Below are positions 35,830-45,642 of a stretch of 64,000 nt of DNA, piece after piece. How positions within the stretch are numbered: the stretch's first letter is position 1; the number at the start of each line of letters is the position of its first letter. This DNA is from Bacteriovoracia bacterium. Its GTDB lineage: Bacteria; Bdellovibrionota; UBA1018; CAIPTA01. Below the pieces are notes generated by a model. It made no database searches. It was not told where the DNA came from and worked only from the letters and a program-made list of their open reading frames with translations. Location of the stretch: positions 1,408,001 through 1,472,000 of the forward strand of contig JBFWVL010000001.1 of NCBI GenBank assembly GCA_050246755.1, in the 5' to 3' direction. Both the position numbers and the translations under genes were made by a program.

Positions 35830-37132
35830 TTCCCGGGTCGATCTCGGTTTCCGGCGCGCGCAGAATCACGTCTTTATCGGCGGAATAAATTCCCGGGCGG
35901 GGCAGGCCGAAGTTTGCCTCGAGCGGAAGAAAATAAGCGCCCGTGTGCGAAATCAAAAGCCGGTCCCCTTCGGTAAGCTCGGGTAAAGGGACAGATTGAA
36001 AGAGCCAGTCTCCGGAATGCGGAAGGTTTCCGTACACGAAGGTATTGGCCATGCTCAAGACGTCTTGCCCTTTCTCGCTGCTAGGTAGAGCAATGGGGTA
36101 AATTCCACGGTGGAGGGGGCCGAGGATGGCCGTATTTCCGTCGGTGATCACTACGTCGCCTTCGGGGTAGAATTTTTTCTTCACGGCACGCACTTCGATC
36201 ACGGTGCTCAGGGCCCGGGAACATACGGCGCGGCCGGGCTCGAAAAAAATCTTCCATGCTTGCGCGCGCTTCTTGCCGAGAGTATCGGCTACGACCGAGC
36301 TTACCGTTTCGCCAAGCTCTCCGAGGGAGAAGTCGCGCTCGCATTTCTCGGCGCGGAATTTTTCTGCCTGCGCCGGATTATGGAATACCGCGAGTTCGGC
36401 GGGTTGGGGGCGATAGACATAGGGGGAATCAATGCCCCCGCCCAAATCCAGGAAAGAAATTTTCGGGGCCGAAAACGAATCGACCATTTCGGCCGCGCGA
36501 ATTAGCTTCTCCGTGCGGTTTTTAAAATCTAGGCTAATTTCCAGAAGTGACTGCACCGAGGCCCCGGGGTTGGAGTGCAAATGAAGGCCGAGGGAAGAAA
36601 CTGAATTTTTTGGAAAACGGGCCAAGGCGTCTTTCAATGAATCCGCGTCGGCGTGAAAGCCAAAATGGCTATTTCCGTCATGGATTCGCAAGGCAATGGA
36701 AAGGGGACTAATGGCATCGCCGTTTTCTTTGAGGGCCTCTCCCAGCAACTGAGCCATCGGCAAGGAATCCACCGTGAGCCGCTGGATTCTTTGCCCAAGC
36801 AGGGCCTCCTCGAGGCCGGCTTTAGTCCAGGCGGCACCGTTCAACAGAATTTGGCTTCCCTTGGCTCCGGCAAGCGAGGCCTGGCGCCGGTCGGCCGCGC
36901 ATACCGTTTCGATATTCCAGCCGTCACTCACGAGGCAGCGCAGAAGGGCTAATAGAGAATTTGTTTTGGCGGAGTAATAGAGCCCGATATTAGGCAGGCG
37001 AGAGGAGAGGGCGGTTTTTAGGGTGGCAGCATCTTCTTTTAAGCGGTCCTCATAGTACACATGGAAGGGTGTAGGGTATTTTGCTAGGTGGGCCGGTAGG
37101 GCAGCGGATTTTTCGCGTTTCGTCAAAGTCAT
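35813..37132 (-). CDS. PLP fold-III decarboxylase-like protein (LysA/ODC family, divergent)
   Basis: YSAKTN, LDLGGG, FEPGR, HTGAY. Confidence 0.8.
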   Translation of the reverse strand: MTLTKREKSAALPAHLAKYPTPFHVYYEDRLKEDAATLKTALSSRLPNIGLYYSAKTNSLLALLRCLVSDGWNIETVCAADRRQASLAGAKGSQILLNGAAWTKAGLEEALLGQRIQRLTVDSLPMAQLLGEALKENGDAISPLSIALRIHDGNSHFGFHADADSLKDALARFPKNSVSSLGLHLHSNPGASVQSLLEISLDFKNRTEKLIRAAEMVDSFSAPKISFLDLGGGIDSPYVYRPQPAELAVFHNPAQAEKFRAEKCERDFSLGELGETVSSVVADTLGKKRAQAWKIFFEPGRAVCSRALSTVIEVRAVKKKFYPEGDVVITDGNTAILGPLHRGIYPIALPSSEKGQDVLSMANTFVYGNLPHSGDWLFQSVPLPELTEGDRLLISHTGAYFLPLEANFGLPRPGIYSADKDVILRAPETEIDPGIRDTV

Positions 37133-37185
37133 GGTAGAATTGTATATGGCCCTCCCTTGGAGTGCCACCTGAGGAGGAGTCTTGG

Positions 37186-37809
37186 GTGTCGAAGAATAAT
37201 ACCGGTAGTATTATTTTCGTGAGTCCCGGTGAGTATTTTCACGGGGCGGTTGCGGGAGCCGCGGCTACGCTGCGCGTGGATGTGTCGGATCACGCCAAAC
37301 TTTACCTCGCCCAGCTTCTCGGGCAATTCATTAGCATCGAGCATTTTTATCCTAAAGACGCCGACGGAAATCCCGCCGATACTCTCACCGAGCAGTTAAA
37401 AAATGCGCTCGCGGAAGAACAGGCCCGGGCTCGCGCGCTTCGCCTGAAGCAGCTCGGGGATTTCTCGCTCTATATCGCCGGCTTCTTCACCGATAGTCTA
37501 AGCCGCAAGCTCGTGGACGTAGATTACTATATTGGGATGGGAGAGGCGGCCTACGAGAACGCGGCCCGGCTCGAGAAGAAAGCCAAGGCGGATTTGTTCC
37601 TCGAGCTTTCGAGGAAGTTCCCGCAATTCGTAGAAATTCTCTCTCAGATCAGCGAAGAAACAGGGTTCAATCCGGAAAATCACCGCGATCTTTTGCGCGT
37701 ATATGACCTATGGAGTAAAACCGGCAGCGAGCGCCTTGCCAAACAGCTCGCCAAGGCCGGCATTGTGGCCGGCCCGAAAAAGCCCGGCGATTCCCAGGAC
37801 GATTCTTAG
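37186..37809 (+). CDS. Conserved hypothetical protein
   Basis: GAGGAG SD before GTG; LGDFSLYIAGFFTDSLSRKLVDVDYYIGMG looks like a conserved family core. Confidence 0.75.
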   Translation: MSKNNTGSIIFVSPGEYFHGAVAGAAATLRVDVSDHAKLYLAQLLGQFISIEHFYPKDADGNPADTLTEQLKNALAEEQARARALRLKQLGDFSLYIAGFFTDSLSRKLVDVDYYIGMGEAAYENAARLEKKAKADLFLELSRKFPQFVEILSQISEETGFNPENHRDLLRVYDLWSKTGSERLAKQLAKAGIVAGPKKPGDSQDDS

Positions 37810-37812
37810 GTT

Positions 37813-38439
37813 ATGCCGCTTCTCCTTAAAGTTATTTTGTTCAATGCCTTGATGGCCTTCGCCAATGCGCCTGCGGTGGAATTTCGCTCCACTCAAAATA
37901 TCCATGCTTCTCCGCAAATTCCTCTCCCTGCTCAATGCGAATCGAAATCCCTCGCGAAGAACATGAAGAATAGCTATATGCGCCAATTGGGTTCCTGCGG
38001 TTCCACCCAAAAGCTTTACGAGGAAGCTAACCGCGTGCGCAAAGATATCTTCGTGAAGAGGATCGCGAATACCGGCCTGCCGCCCGAGCCGGGAGATGCC
38101 TGCGAGACCGAAAGGCGCGTAGCGCTTCAGGAGAGCGTGATCGACGCCTACCAAGTGGTGGACGACGCGGTAAAAGCGGAGGAAGAGCGCCTGGCGAAAA
38201 TTTGCGGCGGTGACCGTGCCCAGATGGAAGAGTGGCGCGCTTTCGCGCAAGCTCACTGCGTGGAGCCCGCGAGGTCGGCGGCGGCGAACCTCGCGCAAGA
38301 ATTCAGGCGCGACCTCGACGCAGTGGTGGCCGACGGACAAAAAATCAAGAAAGCGTACCAAAGGCAGTTGGATGCCGATATGAGTTCGATCGCTAAAGAA
38401 ATTGCGGCGGCGCGCGCCTGTGAGAAAAGACTGAAATAA
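37813..38439 (+). CDS. Hypothetical secreted helical protein
   Basis: Signal peptide (AFA), 6 Cys, followed by a terminator. Confidence 0.7.
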   Translation: MPLLLKVILFNALMAFANAPAVEFRSTQNIHASPQIPLPAQCESKSLAKNMKNSYMRQLGSCGSTQKLYEEANRVRKDIFVKRIANTGLPPEPGDACETERRVALQESVIDAYQVVDDAVKAEEERLAKICGGDRAQMEEWRAFAQAHCVEPARSAAANLAQEFRRDLDAVVADGQKIKKAYQRQLDADMSSIAKEIAAARACEKRLK

Positions 38440-38470
38440 AAAAGCCAAGGCACTAGGCCTTGGCTTCTCT
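38438..38470. terminator. Terminator between convergent genes
   Basis: AAGCCAAGGC-actag-GCCTTGGCTT. Confidence 0.75.
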
Positions 38471-38486
38471 AAAAAGAAATTCCAAT

Positions 38487-39137
38487 CTATTCGATCGTGA
38501 ACGTCTTGATCGCGTCGCCTTGGCTGATCTTCGGCACGTTGTCGAGGCCTTCCACAACTTTGCCGAATACGGTGTATTGGTTATCGAGGTGGGGAGCGCG
38601 GCCGAGCATGATGAAGAATTGGCTGTCGGCCGAGTTCGGATCCGCGGTGCGGGCCATCGACCAGATGCCCATTTCGTGGAGATGGGAATTGAATTCCGCC
38701 TTGAGCTTGGTGCCCGAGCCGCCGGCGCCGGTGCCGGTAGGATCGCCCGCTTGCGCTACGAAGCCGGGAATCACGCGGTGGAATTTAATACCGTTATAGA
38801 AGCCTTCGGAAATCAGCTGGGCAATGCGCTTCGCGGTGGCGGGAGCGTCGCTCGTGAAGAAACGGAATTTAATCACGCCGCCTTTTTCGAGGGTCATGGT
38901 GGCAACGGCTTTGGAAAGCCCGTCGGACTGGGGATTTAGGTCGTACTTGGTGGACATGGCGGTATTCTCCTGTGGTGCGGAAGTGGTGGCGGGAGTGGAA
39001 GCGGTGCTTTCGGTAGGGGCGGAAACGGCGGCTTCTTCATTGGAGGAATCCCCCCGTTTCATGAAATAAAAGCCGGCGGCGGCGATAACAACTAGCGCCA
39101 CGAGAACGATACCTATGATTTTGCCTTTTCCCTGCAT
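38487..39137 (-). CDS. Membrane-anchored cyclophilin-type peptidyl-prolyl isomerase
   Basis: FYNGIKFHRVIPGFVAQAGDP, SMAR, SADSQFFI, HLDNQYTVFG. Confidence 0.95.
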   Translation of the reverse strand: MQGKGKIIGIVLVALVVIAAAGFYFMKRGDSSNEEAAVSAPTESTASTPATTSAPQENTAMSTKYDLNPQSDGLSKAVATMTLEKGGVIKFRFFTSDAPATAKRIAQLISEGFYNGIKFHRVIPGFVAQAGDPTGTGAGGSGTKLKAEFNSHLHEMGIWSMARTADPNSADSQFFIMLGRAPHLDNQYTVFGKVVEGLDNVPKISQGDAIKTFTIE

Positions 39138-39204
39138 TTGACACCCCTTCGGCGGTCAGTTAACGATACCCCAGGATACTAAAGACGTTTCCCGTAACCG
39201 GCAA

Positions 39205-39945
39205 TTGGAAAAAATGGAAAAACCTTTCTGGGATCATCTAGAGGAATTGCGCGCCCGGCTGATGAATTGCCTCTATGCGCTACTCGCCACCTCGCTGGTG
39301 GGCTACCTAGTGCGCATGCCGGTGCTCGATTTTCTCAAGGCCCCCCTTTTTAAGGCCCTCCCCCCGGAACGCCAGCATCTCTATTTCACCGGGATGTTCG
39401 AAAGCTTTTTTAATCACTTGCAGATTTCGCTCCTCGTCGGAGTTTTTCTCGGGAGTCCTTATTTTGTGTACCAAATCTGGGGATTTATCAGCCCTGGCCT
39501 ACACGGCCACGAAAAGAAACTGGCCACGCCCTTTATCCTGGCCGCTACTCTCTTCTTTTTTCTTGGTGCGGCGTTCGCGTATTATCTAGTGCTCCCGCTC
39601 GGATTTAAATTCTTCCTCGAGTTTGGACAGCCGGCCGATGTGCCGATGATCACGGTGAAAGAATATTTTAGCGTTCTTTTCCGGCTATTGCTCATCTTCG
39701 GGGGAAGCTTTGAATTGCCCGTGGTGCTGGTGCTGCTAGCTAAGGTGGGGATCGTGAATTACGAAATGCTCATCGCACAGCGAAGGAACGCGATTATCGC
39801 GATTACTTTGGTTTCAGGTTTAGTGGCGCCGCCGGATGTGATGTCGATGCTGCTGATGATGGCCCCCCTCTACGTGTTCTTCGAGGGCGCGGTGCAAGTG
39901 ATACGGATGATGGAAAAGAAAAAGACCCCCCCTACGAACCGTTAG
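39205..39945 (+). CDS. tatC: Twin-arginine translocase subunit TatC
   Basis: DHLEELRARL, YQIWGFISPGL, FELPV, PPD. Confidence 0.96.
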   Translation: MEKMEKPFWDHLEELRARLMNCLYALLATSLVGYLVRMPVLDFLKAPLFKALPPERQHLYFTGMFESFFNHLQISLLVGVFLGSPYFVYQIWGFISPGLHGHEKKLATPFILAATLFFFLGAAFAYYLVLPLGFKFFLEFGQPADVPMITVKEYFSVLFRLLLIFGGSFELPVVLVLLAKVGIVNYEMLIAQRRNAIIAITLVSGLVAPPDVMSMLLMMAPLYVFFEGAVQVIRMMEKKKTPPTNR

Positions 39946-40000
39946 GCCCGTTATGGGGAGGGGGATCTTTTCCGGCACTGAGGAGTGCTGGGAACTGAAA

Positions 40001-40216
40001 TCAACCGGTCTTTTTCGCGTGTTTCCAGTGGTCGTACTGCTCTTGCTTCTTGTCGAAGTCCATAGCGGGTTCGCCCATTTTGTTGATGAGACCGAATTTA
40101 AATTGGTCGAAGTGTTCGGCGCAGAAAGCAAATTTGCTAGGTGGGTGTTTGCACTTGTTCACTTTGCAGTGAATGGCTGCCGAAACTTCTGGTTTGCCTG
40201 GTTTTTTGTCGCCCAT
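40001..40216 (-). CDS. Small basic Cys/His (zinc-finger-like) protein
   Basis: CAGGAG SD; C-x4-C-x9-C-x2-H. Confidence 0.7.
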   Translation of the reverse strand: MGDKKPGKPEVSAAIHCKVNKCKHPPSKFAFCAEHFDQFKFGLINKMGEPAMDFDKKQEQYDHWKHAKKTG

Positions 40217-40390
40217 GAGTATCTCCTGTAATTAACTGATCAATAAGCCCTGATTTATCTCACATAAAACTTCTCGGGTATTACCGGTGCCGTCTTTAGT
40301 GAAATGATCGGGTATTTTACAAGCAGTTGATTTTACTAGATTAAATAGCTAAATTTTCTCTGGCGCGGATGCTATAATAGAGGTCTATCT

Positions 40391-41992
40391 TTGGGGGCTC
40401 TAATGACCTATTTCCGCCTTATCCTGCTACTAGCAACCGTTTTGGTTGCCTCCGTTCCCCCTGCCGGCGCTGACGCTGCCGAGGAGCGAATCTTTGCGGT
40501 GGTTTCTAAAGTGGAGGGATCCGGGAACGCTCGCGTGCGCCGTGAGGCGGGAACCGAAAGCGTGGTGGGGGAGCAGATGGAAATTTACGCCGGTGATCGC
40601 ATTTTCACCGACGATACCTCCACCGTAGACATCCTCCTCCAAGACGGAACGATCATTCGCGTCGGCATCCGCTCGGAATTCACGCTCAACGAGGTGAACC
40701 TGCAGGCCGGTATTCTTTCTTGGGTATTCGGCTTGGCTCACGGAACGGTGCGCTCCCTGATCGAGAAGTCTCCCGATAAAAAGACCACCCGGCTGCGGAT
40801 AAATACGCCAGCGGGCACCATGGGCGTGCGTGGCACCGAGGTTTTGCTCGAGCACCAGAAAGAAAGCGGCCTCACCTCGATCTTCACGTTAGAGGGCCAG
40901 GTGGATTTCGGCGCACGCGGCTGCCAAGAAACTAAAAAATGTTTAGTTGTGGGCGCGGGGAAATTCTCGCGGATTAAATCGGGAGAAAGGCAGCCTGCCC
41001 CGGCAGCGTCCTTCACGATGAAACAAGTATTGAGCTTGCCCACACCCGCCGCCGATAGCGTTTCGGCGCCGCCCGGAACGGTGGGGGGAGGGAATAAAGA
41101 ATCCGCGGAAGTGGAGCGCTTGGCGCTTTTTCAGGGAATTTCGCGCGCGAACGCGGGGCTATTAGCCGGGATGGACGAAGCGGCGCTCTCGAGGACAGTG
41201 AAAGGCGCCCAGGAAAACATGCAAAATGCTCAGGACCAATTTTTGGGAAGAACCGCGGAGATCCGTGAGGCTATGTACGCGGCGATGCGCGAAGGCACCT
41301 TCGAAAAAGTGCTGAAGGTGGCGGAAAGTTACGAAACGGTGAAGAACGGAAAAGCTCCCGTGGACGATCCCGCGGAAAAACTGACGTTCGGGCCCCTGGC
41401 CGTTAAAAAATTCGCGCTGGGAAAGGCCGTGATTGAATCGAGCGCGTTTAATTCCAATGCCACGGGAGTAAAACCCGCCACCAAGGAGCAAATCGAAGTG
41501 GCCACCGCGAATAAAGCGCCGGCGGCGAAGCCGGTACTGGGGCCGGAAGTGGCGGCATTAGTGAGCCAAAGTTCCGATGCCCTGAAGAAAGCGTCAGAAT
41601 GGGCACAGGCGGTGGAGGTGAAGACCGCTGCCCTAAAGGGAAATTCCGAAGTGGCGGTGGACCCCTACAAGACGTATCGCCTCCCAACGACCTCTCAGGA
41701 AAAGGCGGTGGTACAAACGGCCGAAATAGCGCAAGAAACCCGCGTTCGTCTCTCCTCAGTCAAATCCGGTAGCTGCAATATTCTCTGTTCGATCGCGAAA
41801 TTTTTTAGCGGAGATACGAAATCCAGCGCGAACACCAAGACAAGTAAAACGGCTACCGCTACGGCCCCGAGAGCTTCAGCGAAGATGGCTACTTGCGCGC
41901 ATCCGATCACCACGTGCACGTATCAGCCTTGTGATACGCGCACGGGAAAAATTTGTAAGCAGGAGAAGATCTGTAAGCAAACCTGCCAGTAG
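40391..41992 (+). CDS. Secreted FecR-domain protein with Cys-rich tail
   Basis: GDRIFT...DGTIIRVG, INTPAGTMGVRGTE; start may be ATG 40403. Confidence 0.8.
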   Translation: MGALMTYFRLILLLATVLVASVPPAGADAAEERIFAVVSKVEGSGNARVRREAGTESVVGEQMEIYAGDRIFTDDTSTVDILLQDGTIIRVGIRSEFTLNEVNLQAGILSWVFGLAHGTVRSLIEKSPDKKTTRLRINTPAGTMGVRGTEVLLEHQKESGLTSIFTLEGQVDFGARGCQETKKCLVVGAGKFSRIKSGERQPAPAASFTMKQVLSLPTPAADSVSAPPGTVGGGNKESAEVERLALFQGISRANAGLLAGMDEAALSRTVKGAQENMQNAQDQFLGRTAEIREAMYAAMREGTFEKVLKVAESYETVKNGKAPVDDPAEKLTFGPLAVKKFALGKAVIESSAFNSNATGVKPATKEQIEVATANKAPAAKPVLGPEVAALVSQSSDALKKASEWAQAVEVKTAALKGNSEVAVDPYKTYRLPTTSQEKAVVQTAEIAQETRVRLSSVKSGSCNILCSIAKFFSGDTKSSANTKTSKTATATAPRASAKMATCAHPITTCTYQPCDTRTGKICKQEKICKQTCQ

Positions 41993-42001
41993 CGGCGCGG
42001 G

Positions 42002-43273
42002 CTAGATATCCCGCTCCATGGCCTTCTGGAAGTGCGAGATGATCGCTTCGCGCGCTACGTGGGAAGCTTTCACCTTCCAGTATTTGCGATTGATGATCAT
42101 CGAGGCGAAGGCGATTTTTTTCTTGGGATTCGTGCTCGACTGCGCGAATCCCACGAACCAGTCGTAGCGTCCGGCGGGAGCGGTGCCCGAGAGCGAGCCA
42201 GTCTTGGCGCCAATGAAAAGCTTAGAGAGCACCGGGTGGTGATTATAGTCGCGGTATTCCTTGCGGGCTGTGCCGCGGGTGATGGTATTTTCCATGATCA
42301 TCGAAAGCGATTTGGCCGTGTCTTGGTCCATCGGGTGGAAGAGCATTCCCCCGTCTTCCATCTCGTACACTTTCGCTCCGTCGGCGGTGCTCACGTCTTC
42401 CACCACGTGGGGTACCACCATCCGTCCACCGTTGATCACGCTGGCGGCCATGAGGGCAGCCTGAATGGGATTAAGCGTCTGGCGCTGGGTATAGCCGGAT
42501 CCGGATTCGGCGAGGCCGAAATCATCGGTGGGCACGAGGGCCGAACCCATTTCGAGGGGCATTTCGAAATCGATCTTCTGGTTGAAGCCGAAGCCATTGG
42601 CATATTTCTGGAGGGCCGCCGGGCCTACCCGGGTCATGGCGATCTTACCGAATACGGTGTTCACGGATTTAGCGAAGGCTTCTTCAATGGTGATGAAGCG
42701 GGTCCAGCGGTTCACGTAGTCGCGGAGGTTGCCTTTATAGAGGGTGCCGTAGCGGCCGTTCACGGGGAAGAGCGCATTCGGGCGGATCTTGCCTTCGTCG
42801 AGCGCGGCGGTGGAAGTCACCATTTTAAAAACACTGGCGGCGGGAAAGGTGGCTTGCAGGGCCAGGTTTCCTTCGTGTCCTTGGGAGCTATAGTCCACCA
42901 TCGCGAGGATCTTGCCGGTTTCGGGATCTAGGGCCACGAAGGCGCCGAAATCGGGAGAATAGCGTTCATAAACATTTTCTATTTTTGCCTGGAGCTCGGC
43001 ATCCAGCGTAAAGTGCACGCGGTAAGATTTATCGCCGCTCTCGATGGGAAAATAATCGAGCTTGAGGTGGTTGGAGGTGAGGCGTTGGTCGCCGAGAATC
43101 TTGGCGATCTCCGAGCGTTCCATCTGGTGGTGAAATACCGAGCTGCTGGCTAGCTTACGAATAGCCGTCTTCGGCTTCGATTTACCTGGTGTGAGGAGGA
43201 TGCCCGTAGCGAAAACCGCCAATAACGCAGCGCATCCGGATAACCACAAAACGGGCTTGAATTTATTCATCAT
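42002..43273 (-). CDS. Monofunctional penicillin-binding transpeptidase-domain protein
   Basis: TLDAELQ, DPETGKILAM, ASVFK, SVN, KTG. Confidence 0.9.
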   Translation of the reverse strand: MMNKFKPVLWLSGCAALLAVFATGILLTPGKSKPKTAIRKLASSSVFHHQMERSEIAKILGDQRLTSNHLKLDYFPIESGDKSYRVHFTLDAELQAKIENVYERYSPDFGAFVALDPETGKILAMVDYSSQGHEGNLALQATFPAASVFKMVTSTAALDEGKIRPNALFPVNGRYGTLYKGNLRDYVNRWTRFITIEEAFAKSVNTVFGKIAMTRVGPAALQKYANGFGFNQKIDFEMPLEMGSALVPTDDFGLAESGSGYTQRQTLNPIQAALMAASVINGGRMVVPHVVEDVSTADGAKVYEMEDGGMLFHPMDQDTAKSLSMIMENTITRGTARKEYRDYNHHPVLSKLFIGAKTGSLSGTAPAGRYDWFVGFAQSSTNPKKKIAFASMIINRKYWKVKASHVAREAIISHFQKAMERDI

Positions 43274-43396
43274 GAATTAACCCCTAGAACTAATTAGCTT
43301 TTCGGAGGGAGTCCCCCCTCCATTTAATGATATCAGGCTAGTGTAGCACTTAAAATACAGAAATTATGAGAAAATACCGAAATATATCAAGGCGAT

Positions 43397-44680
43397 ATGC
43401 TCACCTATAAAGAGAAATTAAAGCAGTTTTCGGAGCGCCTTATTGAGGCCCAGAAGCAAGTTAGGCTTCTGGAAGCCGTGCGTTGGGACCCAAAAATCCT
43501 CGAAGAAGTGCGTAAAAACAAATACAAAGAGCTTCCCAAAGTGGACCGCTCCACCTACGAAAATATCCCCCTTGGCTACGACCCCGACCTCAAGATCGCG
43601 GAGCTCCAAGGCATTGCCAACGACCTCGTGAACGATATCGGCCCGGAAGATTCCCTGGTGCGGATCCTGCTCGCCACCTGCCAGGAATTTCAGGACGTTC
43701 TGCGCATGCTCCAGGTAAGGGGGCGGCCCGAATTTTACGAGTATTCCAAAAAGCTCTACGGCTCGCCCCAGGATCATTTTTTCGGATCCTTGATCAGCGT
43801 GAAGGATCTCGGCCTTCACCTTTATAATATTTTGTCGGGCGTGCAAGACAGCCCGGCGGCCGACGAACGGATGCAGCAGGTGGACGCCCAGCACGCGCTC
43901 AAAGATCTCGACGAGCGCTTCGGCAAATATTTTCCCGGGCAAAACGTGAAGGTGACTATCGAGGACGCGATGGTGGCCGACGCAGCCGCGAGCGCCAAAA
44001 CAATTAAGCTCCGCGAAGCCGCCACTTTTACTAAGCGTGATATCGATATTCTCGAAGTACACGAAGGCTGGGTGCACATGGGCACTACGATCAACGGCCT
44101 CGAGCAGCGCGTGGCCAAGTGGCTGCATAAAGGCTCCCCCCGCGTGACCGCCACCCAGGAGGGCCTCGCGGTATTGATGGAAATTTTTTCCTTCGTTACG
44201 TTTCCTCGTCGCGCACGCAAGATCAACGATCGCGTGCTGGCGATCGCCAAGGCGGAAGAAGGCGCGGACTTTCTCGATGTGGTGGAATATTTTCGTACCG
44301 AAGGCTACGAGGAAGACGATTGCCTAATCGCGGCGCAGAGAGTTTTTCGCGGCGGCGACGTGAAGGGTCGTTACCCTTTCACCAAAGACATCTCCTATTG
44401 CAAAGGTTTCGTGGAAAACTATAACTTCATCCGGGCTTGCATTCAGGCCGGCCGAAGCGAAATCGTCCCCTTTCTCTTCGTGGGTAAAGTGCATGTCTCC
44501 GACGTTCCCGTGCTCTACCAGAAATACCGCGAAGGAATCGTGGATCCGCCCAAATTCCTCCCCCCGTTCTTTAAGGACCTCAATTCCCTGATCGTATGGA
44601 TGAGTTTCTCCAACTTTTTGAGTGCCGCCGGCATGACCAGCGCTCAGGATGCCTATCGCAACCTGATTCAGAAGATCTAA
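43397..44680 (+). CDS. QEGLA-motif protein (DUF1704, gluzincin-like)
   Basis: HEGWVH, TQEGLA, RVFRGG, FTKDISY. Confidence 0.9.
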   Translation: MLTYKEKLKQFSERLIEAQKQVRLLEAVRWDPKILEEVRKNKYKELPKVDRSTYENIPLGYDPDLKIAELQGIANDLVNDIGPEDSLVRILLATCQEFQDVLRMLQVRGRPEFYEYSKKLYGSPQDHFFGSLISVKDLGLHLYNILSGVQDSPAADERMQQVDAQHALKDLDERFGKYFPGQNVKVTIEDAMVADAAASAKTIKLREAATFTKRDIDILEVHEGWVHMGTTINGLEQRVAKWLHKGSPRVTATQEGLAVLMEIFSFVTFPRRARKINDRVLAIAKAEEGADFLDVVEYFRTEGYEEDDCLIAAQRVFRGGDVKGRYPFTKDISYCKGFVENYNFIRACIQAGRSEIVPFLFVGKVHVSDVPVLYQKYREGIVDPPKFLPPFFKDLNSLIVWMSFSNFLSAAGMTSAQDAYRNLIQKI

Positions 44681-44758
44681 TATCCCTTCCGCTTGATTTC
44701 ATTTGGTTTCCGCGTTCTACTATTTTGAAATTACGTTAATCGAAAGGACTCGCGGAAA

Positions 44759-45580
44759 ATGAAGATGAATAAATTAGGTCTTTTTGCTGTTGCTCTAGCT
44801 ACCTTGCTCGGTGCCAATGCGTTCGCCGCCGTGGAACTGGCGAAAATCGGCTCCAAGTCTCTCACCGACGCCGACATGAAGAACCTCGTGGGCGCGATTC
44901 CCGAAGGACAAAAACAACAAATTAACGGCGACGCGAACATTAAAAACCGCATGGTAGAAAACCTCGTGGCCGAAGAGCTCTTCGTGCAAGAGGGCGAAAA
45001 AACCGGCCTCGCGAAAGACAAAGAATTCCAGGCAGCGCTCGAGCGTGCCCGCCGCCAGCTTTTGGCGAACCGCTACCTCCAGAAGAGCATCATGCCCAAG
45101 ATCACGGACGCAAACGTGCGTAAGTTCTTCGACGCAAACAAGCTCCGTTATAATCAGGACGAAGTGCACGCGTTTCACGTGCTCCTGAAAACCGAAGCCG
45201 AAGCCAAGGAAGTGTATTCGAAGGCTAAAGGCGGAGAAGATTTCGAAGTGCTCGCGAAGAAATACTCCAAGGATCCTACCTCGGCCCAGAACATGGGTGA
45301 TCTCGGATTCATGACCCGCAGCCGTATGCCGCCCCAGTTCTCGGAAGCCGCGTTCGCGATGAAGGCCGGAGAAATCAGCCAGCCCGTGAAAACCCCTTTC
45401 GGTTACCACATCATCAAGATGGTGGAGAAGCGTGAAGGCAAGCCGGTTAAGTTCGAGGACGTAAAAGAACAAGTGCGCGCCGACTACCAGAACGAGTCGA
45501 TCAACGACCTGATTTCTTCGCTGAAGAAAACGAATAAGGTTGTGGTGTTCGAAGACAAAGTGAAGGCACTGAAGTTCTAA
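44759..45580 (+). CDS. Periplasmic PpiC/parvulin-type PPIase (SurA/PrsA-like)
   Basis: Signal peptide, HVLL, FEVLAKKYSKD, GDLG, PVKTPFGYHIIK. Confidence 0.93.
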   Translation: MKMNKLGLFAVALATLLGANAFAAVELAKIGSKSLTDADMKNLVGAIPEGQKQQINGDANIKNRMVENLVAEELFVQEGEKTGLAKDKEFQAALERARRQLLANRYLQKSIMPKITDANVRKFFDANKLRYNQDEVHAFHVLLKTEAEAKEVYSKAKGGEDFEVLAKKYSKDPTSAQNMGDLGFMTRSRMPPQFSEAAFAMKAGEISQPVKTPFGYHIIKMVEKREGKPVKFEDVKEQVRADYQNESINDLISSLKKTNKVVVFEDKVKALKF

Positions 45581-45604
45581 TTTTCGCTTAAGAGACAGAA
45601 GACT

Positions 45605-45642
45605 GAGGCCCGGCGGTTAAATCCTTCGGGCCTCTTTTTTTT
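45605..45642 (+). terminator. Intrinsic terminator
   Basis: GAGGCCCG...CGGGCCTC followed by T8. Confidence 0.85.
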
